Source of the DNA: an uncultured Alphaproteobacteria bacterium
GTDB taxonomy: Bacteria; Pseudomonadota; Alphaproteobacteria; Rickettsiales; UBA1997
Reading direction: 5' to 3'
Assembly (NCBI GenBank): GCA_949288805.1
Contig: CASELL010000003.1
Span: forward strand, 1,789 to 65,788
Length of the DNA: 64,000 nt
The first letter of the stretch is position 1, and each line of letters starts with the position of its first letter. Below, in pieces: positions 48,037-56,876 of this stretch. The notes under the pieces are model-generated. The model saw nothing but the letters and a program-made list of their open reading frames with translations. It had not been told where the DNA came from and searched no databases. The position numbers were made by a program, and so were the translations under genes.

Positions 48037-48304
48037 TTTTATTGCTGTTTATTATGTTATTAATTATAAATATTCCACTTAGAATATTTATTAAACAATT
48101 AAAAATTATTAAAATTATAAAATCTATAATTGAATTTTCTATATTAAAAACATTCATATTATATATAACAAAAAATAATATAATGTTATAAGCAAAAGCT
48201 AACACTAATATTTTTAATATTGGTTTTCTTGTAAATAAAAAAACAAACATTAATACAAAAAATAATAATAAAAATAAATATAAAAATAATTCTTTAAAAA
48301 ACAT
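48029..48304 (-). CDS. Small 3-TM membrane protein in the MrpC/NuoK position
   Basis: 91 aa. The assignment rests on size, topology and position immediately upstream of the D-like subunit. No strong motif. Confidence 0.4.
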   Translation of the reverse strand: MFFKELFLYLFLLLFFVLMFVFLFTRKPILKILVLAFAYNIILFFVIYNMNVFNIENSIIDFIILIIFNCLINILSGIFIINNIINSNKNE

Positions 48305-48576
48305 TACTTAACTAAAATATTTAAAAAATAATATATAAAACATAAAAAACAAAATAAAAATATACTAATAAACTTTTTAAAAGAAATAACCTTAAATGGG
48401 TTTATTTTTCCAAATCTCAAATAAAACAATATATAAGATATTAATACAGATATTGAAAAATTTAATAATGTTAAAACGCCAAATTCTTTGATATAAAAAA
48501 AACAAGTAACAGAATATAATAATAAAAACGGTATTAAAAAAGAAATTAATATCTTTAAAAACAAATCACCTATCAT
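48304..48576 (-). CDS. Small membrane protein in the MrpB/MnhB position
   Basis: 90 aa with 3 predicted TM segments. It overlaps its neighbours by 1-4 nt. Confidence 0.35.
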   Translation of the reverse strand: MIGDLFLKILISFLIPFLLLYSVTCFFYIKEFGVLTLLNFSISVLISYILFYLRFGKINPFKVISFKKFISIFLFCFLCFIYYFLNILVK

Positions 48577-49187
48577 TTTTGCCTCATATTATTTATAATA
48601 AAGAAAGATATTAACATAATTATATAAAATAATATTATTAGATTATAATGTTTAAAAAATCCATTGTTTTCTATAAAACTTATATTCTTGTTATATACAA
48701 TGTATGTTTTTTCTTTTGTATTAATGTATAATTTTTCTTGTTTTAAATCATCTTTATTTTTATAATAATAATTTTTATCTGTTAGTATATTATTATTTAA
48801 TTGATTTGTATAAAGTCTTTCTCTATTACTACTTAAAGAAAAAAAGATAAATGAAATTAAAATAAAACTAAAAACAAATATTATAATAGTTAATATATTT
48901 TTTATGTCACTGTTCTCAATATAGTCCGATGAAAGCAAATTTGAGTTGGGATCTAAATAAATATAAAAAAAAACCATAGATAATATAAAAAATATATTTA
49001 ATGTAACAATAGATAAAAAATTAATTTCATTTTTTATAATAATTGAATAATTAAAAATATTTATAAAACAAGAAATAAAAAATACCATAAACTTAGAATC
49101 AATTGTTTTTGTATAAAAAACAAAAGCTATATAAACTAATGCCACTAGTAATGTAAAAAATATATCAAGGTTGGCTATTATATCCAT
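48573..49187 (-). CDS. Polytopic membrane protein (possibly equivalent to the MrpA C-terminal/DUF4040 region)
   Basis: 204 aa with about 5 TM segments. It is the first gene of the tightly overlapping four-gene membrane set. Confidence 0.35.
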   Translation of the reverse strand: MDIIANLDIFFTLLVALVYIAFVFYTKTIDSKFMVFFISCFINIFNYSIIIKNEINFLSIVTLNIFFILSMVFFYIYLDPNSNLLSSDYIENSDIKNILTIIIFVFSFILISFIFFSLSSNRERLYTNQLNNNILTDKNYYYKNKDDLKQEKLYINTKEKTYIVYNKNISFIENNGFFKHYNLIILFYIIMLISFFIINNMRQK

Positions 49188-49251
49188 AACAACACAATAA
49201 TTACTGTTGTAAAGTTTACATCTATTTTTTAAATATTCAAGATATATTTAA

Positions 49252-49782
49252 TTATATGCCTCTCTGTTTACCAGCTGCCCTATCCCTAGCATGCATCATA
49301 TTAACCCAATAACCAGCATCATTCTGTTCTCTTAATATATCAGCTTGTTGCATCAAGCTTGTAACTCTTTGTCCCATAATTAAAGAAGTCCAATAACCAA
49401 TAGGCTTTACTATTCCTACAATATTTTTTTTATTATAATTAGGTTCTTCACCAACAACCTGTCCTACTTTCGGCAACCTTTGGACATTTTTTAATTGTAA
49501 ATCTTGTTGTCTTTGTTTTTCTTTTTCAATTATTTTAGCTTCTCTTTCTTTTTGCTTTTCTATATCTTTATCTCTAAATAAAACATCATTTCTATTAGAT
49601 GGAACATAACCACCACCACTTTCAAATGATTCTTTTGGTCTAATTAGAGATAAAAGTTGCATATACTTTTTAATTGTGTATTTATAAAATATAGTAGCAA
49701 TTATTCTTATTATTGTAATTATAAAAAAAACTACAAAAGATAAAAAACATATAAAAATAATTGCTTCTTTTAAATCAAACAT
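49252..49782 (-). CDS. Hypothetical membrane-anchored protein co-oriented 2 nt downstream of hydA
   Basis: 176 aa with one N-terminal TM segment, a KE-rich coiled region and the C-terminal block VGIVKPIGYWTSLIMGQRV...GYWVNMMHARD. No family recognised. Confidence 0.55.
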   Translation of the reverse strand: MFDLKEAIIFICFLSFVVFFIITIIRIIATIFYKYTIKKYMQLLSLIRPKESFESGGGYVPSNRNDVLFRDKDIEKQKEREAKIIEKEKQRQQDLQLKNVQRLPKVGQVVGEEPNYNKKNIVGIVKPIGYWTSLIMGQRVTSLMQQADILREQNDAGYWVNMMHARDRAAGKQRGI

Positions 49783-49784
49783 TT

Positions 49785-51089
49785 TTAATTATTATTATCA
49801 AAAGTTCTATAAAATAAAGTATGTTTATAATCTTTAGATTTACTCCAATCTAAATAGTCAATTAAATTACTATTATCAAGAGCACATTTAATTTTATTTG
49901 AATTATCAAGACTATTTAAAACAGATCTTCTTTTTTCAATTAAATCTTGTTCTGCTCCTGCCTTAGGTGGTAATAAAGGTTGACCTCCACCATTAAGACA
50001 ACCACCATTACAATTCATTACTTCAATGTAAATATATTCTTTGTATTTACCTGTTTCAATAAACTTTTTAATATTTTTAGGTGTATGTATTACAGCAACT
50101 TTCAACTTTTTATTATCAATTTCAAGTTCTGCTTCTTTGAAAGAATAATCCTCTTCATTTACTTCTTTAAATTCTAATTTATCAAGTGCTTTGTTTTCTA
50201 GCTTCTTTTTTACAACTCTCAAAGCAGATTCCATTACACCACCACTTTTTCCATAAATTACAGCACCACCACTATATTTAGATAAATCATCTGCTTCACT
50301 TTCTTCAAGATTTAAAAAGTCTATATTTTCATCTTTCATTAATTGACCAAATTCTCTAACAGTAATAGAATAGTCAACAGGATTATATTTCTTGTATATA
50401 TGTATTTCATCTTTTTTAGAAGTACAAGGCATAATTGAAACAACAACTATATTTTTAGGATCTATGTTGTTTTTTTCTGCCCACCAAGTTTTATAAGCTA
50501 TTCCTGAATGGATATGTGGCGACATTGCAGTAGTAAGATTGTTTATTAATTCTGGTTTATATCTTTCAACAAAATTTACCCATGAAGGACAACAAGAAGT
50601 AAACATTGGGAGTTTATTTTCTTCAATTCTTTCTAATAATTCTTCTGCTTCTGCATAACTTGTAATATCTGCTCCAAAATTAACATCAAAAATCTTATCA
50701 AAACCTAACATTCTTAAAGCAGTATTAATTTTCTTTTCCATTAATGGACTATGTTCTGCTTTAAATATTTCATTAATTGAAGTTCTAACCGAAGGGGCAC
50801 ATTGAACTATTTTAATTTTAGTTTTATCTTTTAATAAAGTTTTTATTTCTTCAATATTTCTTTGCTCTATCATACAATTAAAAGGACAAACAAGAGTACA
50901 TTGACCACAATTTACACAAGGATTTTCTTTTACAAAATCAAGATATCTTTCTTTGCCTTCGCCTTTAATTGTTAAATGATCTATTCCTATCAAATTACAT
51001 TTTTGTACACATTTAGTACATTTAGTACATTTAGATCTAATAAATTCAATAGAATAATCTTTTTTTACTATATCTTCCATAAAAAACAT
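49785..51089 (-). CDS. hydA: [FeFe]-hydrogenase catalytic subunit, M2 architecture (2x[4Fe-4S] plus H-cluster domain)
   Basis: 434 aa. The ferredoxin-like motifs are CTKCTKCVQKC and CVNCGQCTLVCP. The H-cluster signatures are FTSCCPSWV, IMPCTSKKDE and EVMNCNGGCLNGGGQP. Confidence 0.93.
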   Translation of the reverse strand: MFFMEDIVKKDYSIEFIRSKCTKCTKCVQKCNLIGIDHLTIKGEGKERYLDFVKENPCVNCGQCTLVCPFNCMIEQRNIEEIKTLLKDKTKIKIVQCAPSVRTSINEIFKAEHSPLMEKKINTALRMLGFDKIFDVNFGADITSYAEAEELLERIEENKLPMFTSCCPSWVNFVERYKPELINNLTTAMSPHIHSGIAYKTWWAEKNNIDPKNIVVVSIMPCTSKKDEIHIYKKYNPVDYSITVREFGQLMKDENIDFLNLEESEADDLSKYSGGAVIYGKSGGVMESALRVVKKKLENKALDKLEFKEVNEEDYSFKEAELEIDNKKLKVAVIHTPKNIKKFIETGKYKEYIYIEVMNCNGGCLNGGGQPLLPPKAGAEQDLIEKRRSVLNSLDNSNKIKCALDNSNLIDYLDWSKSKDYKHTLFYRTFDNNN

Positions 51090-51190
51090 TTTTATTAATT
51101 AATTTTATAATATAATTTAATTTTTCATAAATCAATTGATTTTTTAATAAAAAATTATATTATTGTGTAAAAAAAATAACATTTTATTTT

Positions 51191-51307
51191 ATGAAAAAAT
51201 ATTTATTTTTACTTTTTTTGATATTATGTTCTTGTGCTAATAATGATAAAATAATACAAAATAAATTAGAAATACCACCATTTTTAATAGAAAATAATGA
51301 AAATTAA
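51191..51307 (+). CDS. Possible 38-aa lipoprotein overlapping the trmD start
   Basis: Manual read below the track threshold: MKKYLFLLFLILCSC-ANNDKIIQNKLEIPPFLIENNEN. It has a lipobox-like LCSC. It overlaps trmD by 11 nt. Confidence 0.3.
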   Translation: MKKYLFLLFLILCSCANNDKIIQNKLEIPPFLIENNEN

Positions 51308-52004
51308 TATTTTAACTATTTTTCCAGAAATTATACAAGAATACTCTAATCATTCCATAATTAAAAAAAGTCTTGATAAAAAACTATGGGACCTAAAAAT
51401 AACAAATATTAGAGATTATTCAACAGATAAGTTTAATAGAGTTGATGATAAACCTTATGGACTAGAACAAGGAATGTTAATTAGACCAGATGTTTTAGGA
51501 AACTGTATTGACAATACTTGTAAAAATAGTAAAATTATTTATATGAGTCCAAAAGGTTCATTATTAAATCAAGAAAAAATTAGAGAATTATTAAATTACA
51601 ATGATTTATCAATAATATGTGGAAGATACGAAGGAATAGATGAAAGAGTTATTGAAGAATATAATATTGAAGAAATATCCATTGGAGATTTTGTAATTAT
51701 GGGTGGAGAATTACCAGCTTTAATTTTAGTGGAAGGACTTGTGCGATGTATAGATAATGTAATAGGAGACAAAAGATCACAAGAAGAAGATAGTTTTGGT
51801 GGTGCTACAACAAATAAATATAATTATTTATTAGAATATCCTTTATATACAAGACCAGAAGTATGGAAAAATAGAAAAGTACCAGATGTTTTGCTTTCTG
51901 GAAATCATAAAAAAATTGAAGAATGGAAATTAGAAAAATCAATTGAAATTACAAAAAATAGAAGAAAAGACTTATATGAAAAATATAAAAATGTAGATAA
52001 ATAA
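51297..52004 (+). CDS. trmD: tRNA (guanine37-N1)-methyltransferase
   Basis: 235 aa with ICGRYEGIDERV and GDFVIMGGELPAL trefoil-knot motifs. Confidence 0.95.
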   Translation: MKINILTIFPEIIQEYSNHSIIKKSLDKKLWDLKITNIRDYSTDKFNRVDDKPYGLEQGMLIRPDVLGNCIDNTCKNSKIIYMSPKGSLLNQEKIRELLNYNDLSIICGRYEGIDERVIEEYNIEEISIGDFVIMGGELPALILVEGLVRCIDNVIGDKRSQEEDSFGGATTNKYNYLLEYPLYTRPEVWKNRKVPDVLLSGNHKKIEEWKLEKSIEITKNRRKDLYEKYKNVDK

Positions 52005-52019
52005 TTATCTACATTTTTA
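51991..52019. terminator. Bidirectional terminator between convergent trmD and tkt
   Basis: atgtagataa-ataa-ttatctacat hairpin followed by a T run. The trmD stop lies in the loop. Confidence 0.7.
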
Positions 52020-52026
52020 TTTTAAA

Positions 52027-54006
52027 TTATTTAATATTATTTTTTATAGTATTAATAATATTTTCTTTAGTAATACCAAAGTATTCATAAACTTGTTCAG
52101 CAGGTGCAGATATACCAAATTTATTATCTTTAATACCAAAGAATAATCCGTCTTCACCTATATATCTTTCCCAACCATAAGAAGAGCCAGCTTCAATAGC
52201 AACTCTCAAAGTATTCTTATTTAATACTTCGTTTTTATATTCTTTTGTTTGTTTATCAAAAATATCTAAACAAGGAGCAGAAACTAATCTAGTTTCAATA
52301 CCTTCTTTATTTAATTCTTCACAAACTTCTAATGCCAAAGCAACTTCTGTTCCTGTTGCAATTAAAGTAATAACTGCTTTTTTATTTTCTCTTAATACAT
52401 AAGCACCCTTTTTAACTAGATTAGTTTTTTCTTTATTAGCAATAAATGGTACTGCTTGTCTTGAAAATACCAAAGCAGATGGTGTATGTTTACTTTCCAT
52501 AGCAATTTCATAACAATCAATAGCTTCTTGTAAATCAGCAGGTCTAAATACATTTAAATTAGGAACTGCTCTTAAACTTGCTAAATGTTCTACTGGTTGA
52601 TGTGTAGGACCATCTTCGCCAAGTCCAATACTATCATGAGTTAAGATATACAAAACTTGTAACCCCATCAAAGCAGATAATCTAATTGATGGTTTTTCAT
52701 AATCAGCAAAACAGAAGAAAGTTCCAGCATAAGGGATAACTCCTTTATGTAAAGCAAGTCCATTCATTATACCAGCCATTGCATGTTCTCTAATACCATA
52801 ATTTATATATCTTCCACCATAATTATTTTTATTTAATACTTCACTAGTAGCAGTAGTATTAGTTAAAACAGATCCAGTTAAATCAGCACTACCACCAATT
52901 AAAAGATCAATATTTTTTGTTAATACTTCTAATACTCTTTGAGAAGATTTTCTAGTTGCTTCTTTTGGTGCTTCTTTAATAATTTCATCTTTAAAGTTTT
53001 CCAATTCTGCTTTCCAATTATCATCAAAATCATTTTTTACAACCCTTGAAAACTCTTCAAACTTATCACTTGTTTCAGTGTTCTTTTTCCATTCAGCAAA
53101 TAATTCTTCGTTTCTTTCAGGTGCTTTTCTCCATAATTCTAAAACATTATTAGGAATTTCAAAATCACCCCAAGATTCACAACCCAAAGCCTTTTTAGTA
53201 GCAATTAAATCCTCGCCTTTAATTGGAGAACCATGGCATTTACTAGTTCCTTCTTTTGGAGAACAATAACCTATTTTAGTTTTGAAATCAATAAATACTG
53301 GTCTATCACTATTTTGTGCTTCTTGTAAAACTTTTCTAATTTCATCATAGTTATGACCATCTGCCTTTAAGTATTTAAAGTTTATTGATTCCATTCTCAT
53401 TTTCATATCTTCATTTCTAGTAATTTCAGTATTACCATCAATAGTAATATTGTTATTATCCCACAATACTATAAGATTTTTCAAATTCAAACTACCAGCA
53501 ATAGATAAAGCTTCATAACTAATACCTTCCATTAAACAACCATCACCTACCATACAATAAGTTTTATGATTTACCAATTCATCACCAAATCTAGCATTTA
53601 AATGTCTTTCTGCTATTGCCATACCAACCGCATTAGAAACACCTTGACCCAATGGACCAGTAGTAGTTTCAATACCATTTAAATAACCATATTCAGGATG
53701 ACCTGCTGTTTTAGCATGTAATTGTCTAAAATTTTTAATTTCTTCTAATGAACAATCTTCATAACCTGTTAAATACAATAAAGAATATATTAACATAGAA
53801 CCATGACCAGCAGATAAAATAAACCTATCTCTATCTGCCCAATTAGGCTTTAATGGTGAAAACTTTAAAAACTCACTAAATAAAACAGTAGCAACATCAG
53901 CAAAACCTAATGGAAGTCCAGGGTGTCCTGAATTAGCTTTGGCAACAGCATCTAATGATAGACATCTAACAGCATTAGCCATCAACTTTAAATCTTCGTT
54001 TTTCAT
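52027..54006 (-). CDS. tkt: Transketolase
   Basis: 659 aa with SGHPG, GDGCLMEG, the TPP-binding motif and THDSIGLGEDGPTHQP. Confidence 0.97.
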   Translation of the reverse strand: MKNEDLKLMANAVRCLSLDAVAKANSGHPGLPLGFADVATVLFSEFLKFSPLKPNWADRDRFILSAGHGSMLIYSLLYLTGYEDCSLEEIKNFRQLHAKTAGHPEYGYLNGIETTTGPLGQGVSNAVGMAIAERHLNARFGDELVNHKTYCMVGDGCLMEGISYEALSIAGSLNLKNLIVLWDNNNITIDGNTEITRNEDMKMRMESINFKYLKADGHNYDEIRKVLQEAQNSDRPVFIDFKTKIGYCSPKEGTSKCHGSPIKGEDLIATKKALGCESWGDFEIPNNVLELWRKAPERNEELFAEWKKNTETSDKFEEFSRVVKNDFDDNWKAELENFKDEIIKEAPKEATRKSSQRVLEVLTKNIDLLIGGSADLTGSVLTNTTATSEVLNKNNYGGRYINYGIREHAMAGIMNGLALHKGVIPYAGTFFCFADYEKPSIRLSALMGLQVLYILTHDSIGLGEDGPTHQPVEHLASLRAVPNLNVFRPADLQEAIDCYEIAMESKHTPSALVFSRQAVPFIANKEKTNLVKKGAYVLRENKKAVITLIATGTEVALALEVCEELNKEGIETRLVSAPCLDIFDKQTKEYKNEVLNKNTLRVAIEAGSSYGWERYIGEDGLFFGIKDNKFGISAPAEQVYEYFGITKENIINTIKNNIK

Positions 54007-54116
54007 AAATTGAAATTTTGTTTTTTAATATTGTAAAACCTTGTTTTATAAATAACAAGAACTTTTTATTATTTATATAATTCTTAAGAAACTATAAAAA
54101 TCAAAATTGCATTTAA

Positions 54117-54896
54117 TTATACAGCAACTTCACCTTTAATTGCTGGATGACATTGATAATCAACCAACTCAAAATCTTCATACTTAAAAGAAAATATATC
54201 TTTCACATCAGGATTTATTTTCATAGTAGGCAATTTATAAGGCATTCTAGCAAGTTGAGTTTTTACTTGTTCTATATGATTTAAATAAATATGAGTATCA
54301 CCAGTTGTATGGACAAAATCGCCAAGTTCTAGATCACATACTTGTGCCATCATCATAGTTAACAAAGCATAAGAAGTAATATTAAAAGGCACACCCAAAA
54401 AACAATCAGCAGATCGTTGATATAATTGACAACTTAATTTATTATTTATAACAAAAAACTGGAACATTGTATGACAAGGAGGCAAAGCCATTTTATCAAC
54501 ATCTTGTGGATTCCAAGCAGAAACAATAATTCTCCTAGAATTAGGATTTGTTTTTAAAGTATTAACCACATTAGTAATTTGATCTACACCATTAAAATTT
54601 CGCCATTGTTTACCATAAACAGGCCCTAGATCACCATTTTCATCAGCCCATTCATTCCATATTCTAACACCATGATCTTGTAAATATTTTACATTAGTAT
54701 CACCATTTAAAAACCAAAGCAATTCATAAATTATTGATTTTAAATGAATTTTTTTAGTTGTAACAATAGGAAAACCATCATTTAAATTATATCTTGTTTG
54801 AGTACCAAAAAGAGATATGGTTCCAACACCAGTTCTATCTTCCTTTTTTTCCCCATTTTCCAAAATATTTCTTAATAAATCCAAATATTGTTTCAT
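54117..54896 (-). CDS. thyA: Thymidylate synthase (ThyA type)
   Basis: 259 aa with RTGVGT, LPPCH, QRSAD motifs. Confidence 0.97.
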   Translation of the reverse strand: MKQYLDLLRNILENGEKKEDRTGVGTISLFGTQTRYNLNDGFPIVTTKKIHLKSIIYELLWFLNGDTNVKYLQDHGVRIWNEWADENGDLGPVYGKQWRNFNGVDQITNVVNTLKTNPNSRRIIVSAWNPQDVDKMALPPCHTMFQFFVINNKLSCQLYQRSADCFLGVPFNITSYALLTMMMAQVCDLELGDFVHTTGDTHIYLNHIEQVKTQLARMPYKLPTMKINPDVKDIFSFKYEDFELVDYQCHPAIKGEVAV

Positions 54897-54904
54897 AAAA
54901 GCTC

Positions 54905-55333
54905 CTATTCTATATCAAGTTTTTCAATTCTTCTTAAATGTCTACCACCAGCAAAATTTGTATTTAAAAATACCTTTAAATTTTCCAAAGCACATTCTTT
55001 ACCAATAATCCTAGCACCCATACAAAGAATATTAGCATCATTATGCTCCCTTGTTAATCTTGCTTCAAGACTATTATGACAAAGCCCTGCTCTAATTCCT
55101 TTATATCTATTAGCACACATTGACATACCAATACCTGTTCCACATATCAATACACCAAAATCAACATTTTTAGCTAAAACTTCTTTCACAACTTTTTTAG
55201 CATAATCAGGATAATCAACTGATTCATCGATATTTGTTCCTAGATCAACAAAATTAACTTCTTTATATTCTTGAATTAAAAAGTCTTTTAATTCTTTTCC
55301 TGCTCTATCACAAGCAATAGCAACTTTTTTCAT
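54905..55333 (-). CDS. rpiB: Ribose-5-phosphate isomerase B
   Basis: 142 aa. [13 protein letters not shown] is the LacAB/RpiB motif. Confidence 0.93.
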   Translation of the reverse strand: MKKVAIACDRAGKELKDFLIQEYKEVNFVDLGTNIDESVDYPDYAKKVVKEVLAKNVDFGVLICGTGIGMSMCANRYKGIRAGLCHNSLEARLTREHNDANILCMGARIIGKECALENLKVFLNTNFAGGRHLRRIEKLDIE

Positions 55334-55347
55334 ATTTTACCTCTTTT

Positions 55348-56175
55348 TTACCATAAATATTTAAAACCAATCATAATAGAACTATAATTTTTTTCAAGTT
55401 CTAATCTATACCTTAAAGTAGAATATCCATCCTTTACATCAATTTCAAAATCACCAATAGTATTAAAATATTTATATCTTAAAACCAAAAAACTATTATC
55501 TCCAACAACTATATCTAAACCAGCAAAAAATTGATAAGCTGGCAACATTTTTGACTCAATGGTTGTATTATCTATTAACCCAACTATAAAACCGCTATTT
55601 ATTTTTTCTAAATCATTAGCAACAATACCGATACCAGCACCAAAAAAAGGTATAATTTTTGAATAGTTATTTTCTAATCCAATATTAAAAAAATAATTTC
55701 TACTCTTATGACTTAAAGATAAATCATATGTATAACCTCCACTTTTATAAGAAAAAGACAGCTTATCTCCTCCACTATATTCAAAATATTCTATAGATAA
55801 AAATAGACTATCAAGAAAATATCTACCTAGTTCAGCAGAAAACGTATTCCCAAAACTATTTTTATTAAAATTATATTTTGTCCCAATATTATCTAAATCT
55901 TCTGCTGTTTTAAAAGAATTGTTATTTATCATAAAAAAAACAGATGAAAAATATCTACCCTTTCTATCATACTTAAATAAGTTATCTGATGGTTTGTATT
56001 TTAATTTTCCTTTATATTGATTTTCTATTTGTTGAACAGTATTATATCTATTTAGCATTTTTGGCATATTTTTATTCATTTCTTCAAGCTCAATACTATC
56101 AGGAACATTGAAATATACATCAGCAAAAGAACCATTTAAAAAAATAAATAAAAATAAAATTAAAAACTTAAACAT
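55348..56175 (-). CDS. Outer-membrane beta-barrel protein
   Basis: 275 aa with a signal peptide and alternating-hydrophobic strands. The C-terminus is ...IGFKYLW. Confidence 0.7.
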   Translation of the reverse strand: MFKFLILFLFIFLNGSFADVYFNVPDSIELEEMNKNMPKMLNRYNTVQQIENQYKGKLKYKPSDNLFKYDRKGRYFSSVFFMINNNSFKTAEDLDNIGTKYNFNKNSFGNTFSAELGRYFLDSLFLSIEYFEYSGGDKLSFSYKSGGYTYDLSLSHKSRNYFFNIGLENNYSKIIPFFGAGIGIVANDLEKINSGFIVGLIDNTTIESKMLPAYQFFAGLDIVVGDNSFLVLRYKYFNTIGDFEIDVKDGYSTLRYRLELEKNYSSIMIGFKYLW

Positions 56176-56282
56176 ATAAAAAATAAAACAATCTATAAAA
56201 ATTATAATAATTAAAAAAATAAAAATAAAGTTTTTTATACTACCATATTTTTAAAAAACAGTTTAAAAAAAATAAAAAAAAT

Positions 56283-56876
56283 ATGTTTTACGATATAGTT
56301 TTCCCTGAATCAATTTCTATAAAATCAAGTTATATAATTGAATACAATACAATTATAAATAAATCAAAAAATGGAGGAGAATTAAGAATATCAAACTACG
56401 ATTATCCATTATTATCTTACAATGTTATCAACGACCTCAAAACAAAAAAAGAATTAGAAGAAATAATAAATTTTTTTAAATTGGTTAAAGGTAGAGCCTG
56501 TGGTTTTAAATTTAAAGATTGGCTAGACTATAAAGCGATAAATCAAAATATAGCAATAGCTAATGGAGAACAAACAGAATTTCAATTAATAAAAACATAC
56601 AATATAAATAATAAAATACAAATTAGAAAAATAACAAAACCAGAAAATGTTTCTGTTTTTGTAAATCAACAAAATATTACACAAAATATAAATATAAATT
56701 ATAGTAGTGGAATTATTACTTTTAATACACCACCAGAAAAAGATACCATAATAACAGCCACTTTTGACTTCTATGTTCCAGTAAGATTTGATAATGACAA
56801 AATAGAAATAATAATGAAAAATGATAAAGTTGGAGAAATAAAAGATTTAAAAATAGTAGAATTATTAGGCTGTTAA
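56283..56876 (+). CDS. DUF2460 / TIGR02217-type phage or GTA distal-tail protein homolog (orphan)
   Basis: 197 aa. FYDIVFPESIS...GGELRISNY...FFKLVKGRACGFKFKDWLDY matches the conserved N-terminal pattern of the RcGTA g12 family. Confidence 0.65.
   Translation: MFYDIVFPESISIKSSYIIEYNTIINKSKNGGELRISNYDYPLLSYNVINDLKTKKELEEIINFFKLVKGRACGFKFKDWLDYKAINQNIAIANGEQTEFQLIKTYNINNKIQIRKITKPENVSVFVNQQNITQNININYSSGIITFNTPPEKDTIITATFDFYVPVRFDNDKIEIIMKNDKVGEIKDLKIVELLGC

Noticed and set aside
46609-49187. Interpretation as part of a NADH dehydrogenase (nuo) operon
   Set aside because: Only one NuoN/MrpD-like subunit plus three small membrane proteins are present. No NuoA-J, NuoL or NuoM-type neighbours or peripheral-arm genes are there. 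The order fits Mrp/Mbh-type modules better.
49188-49251. Promoter or terminator splitting hydA-orf176 from the Mrp-like genes
   Set aside because: I could find no stable hairpin and no good -35/-10 pair in the 64-nt gap. Absence by eye is weak evidence, so I left it as an open test in the finding.
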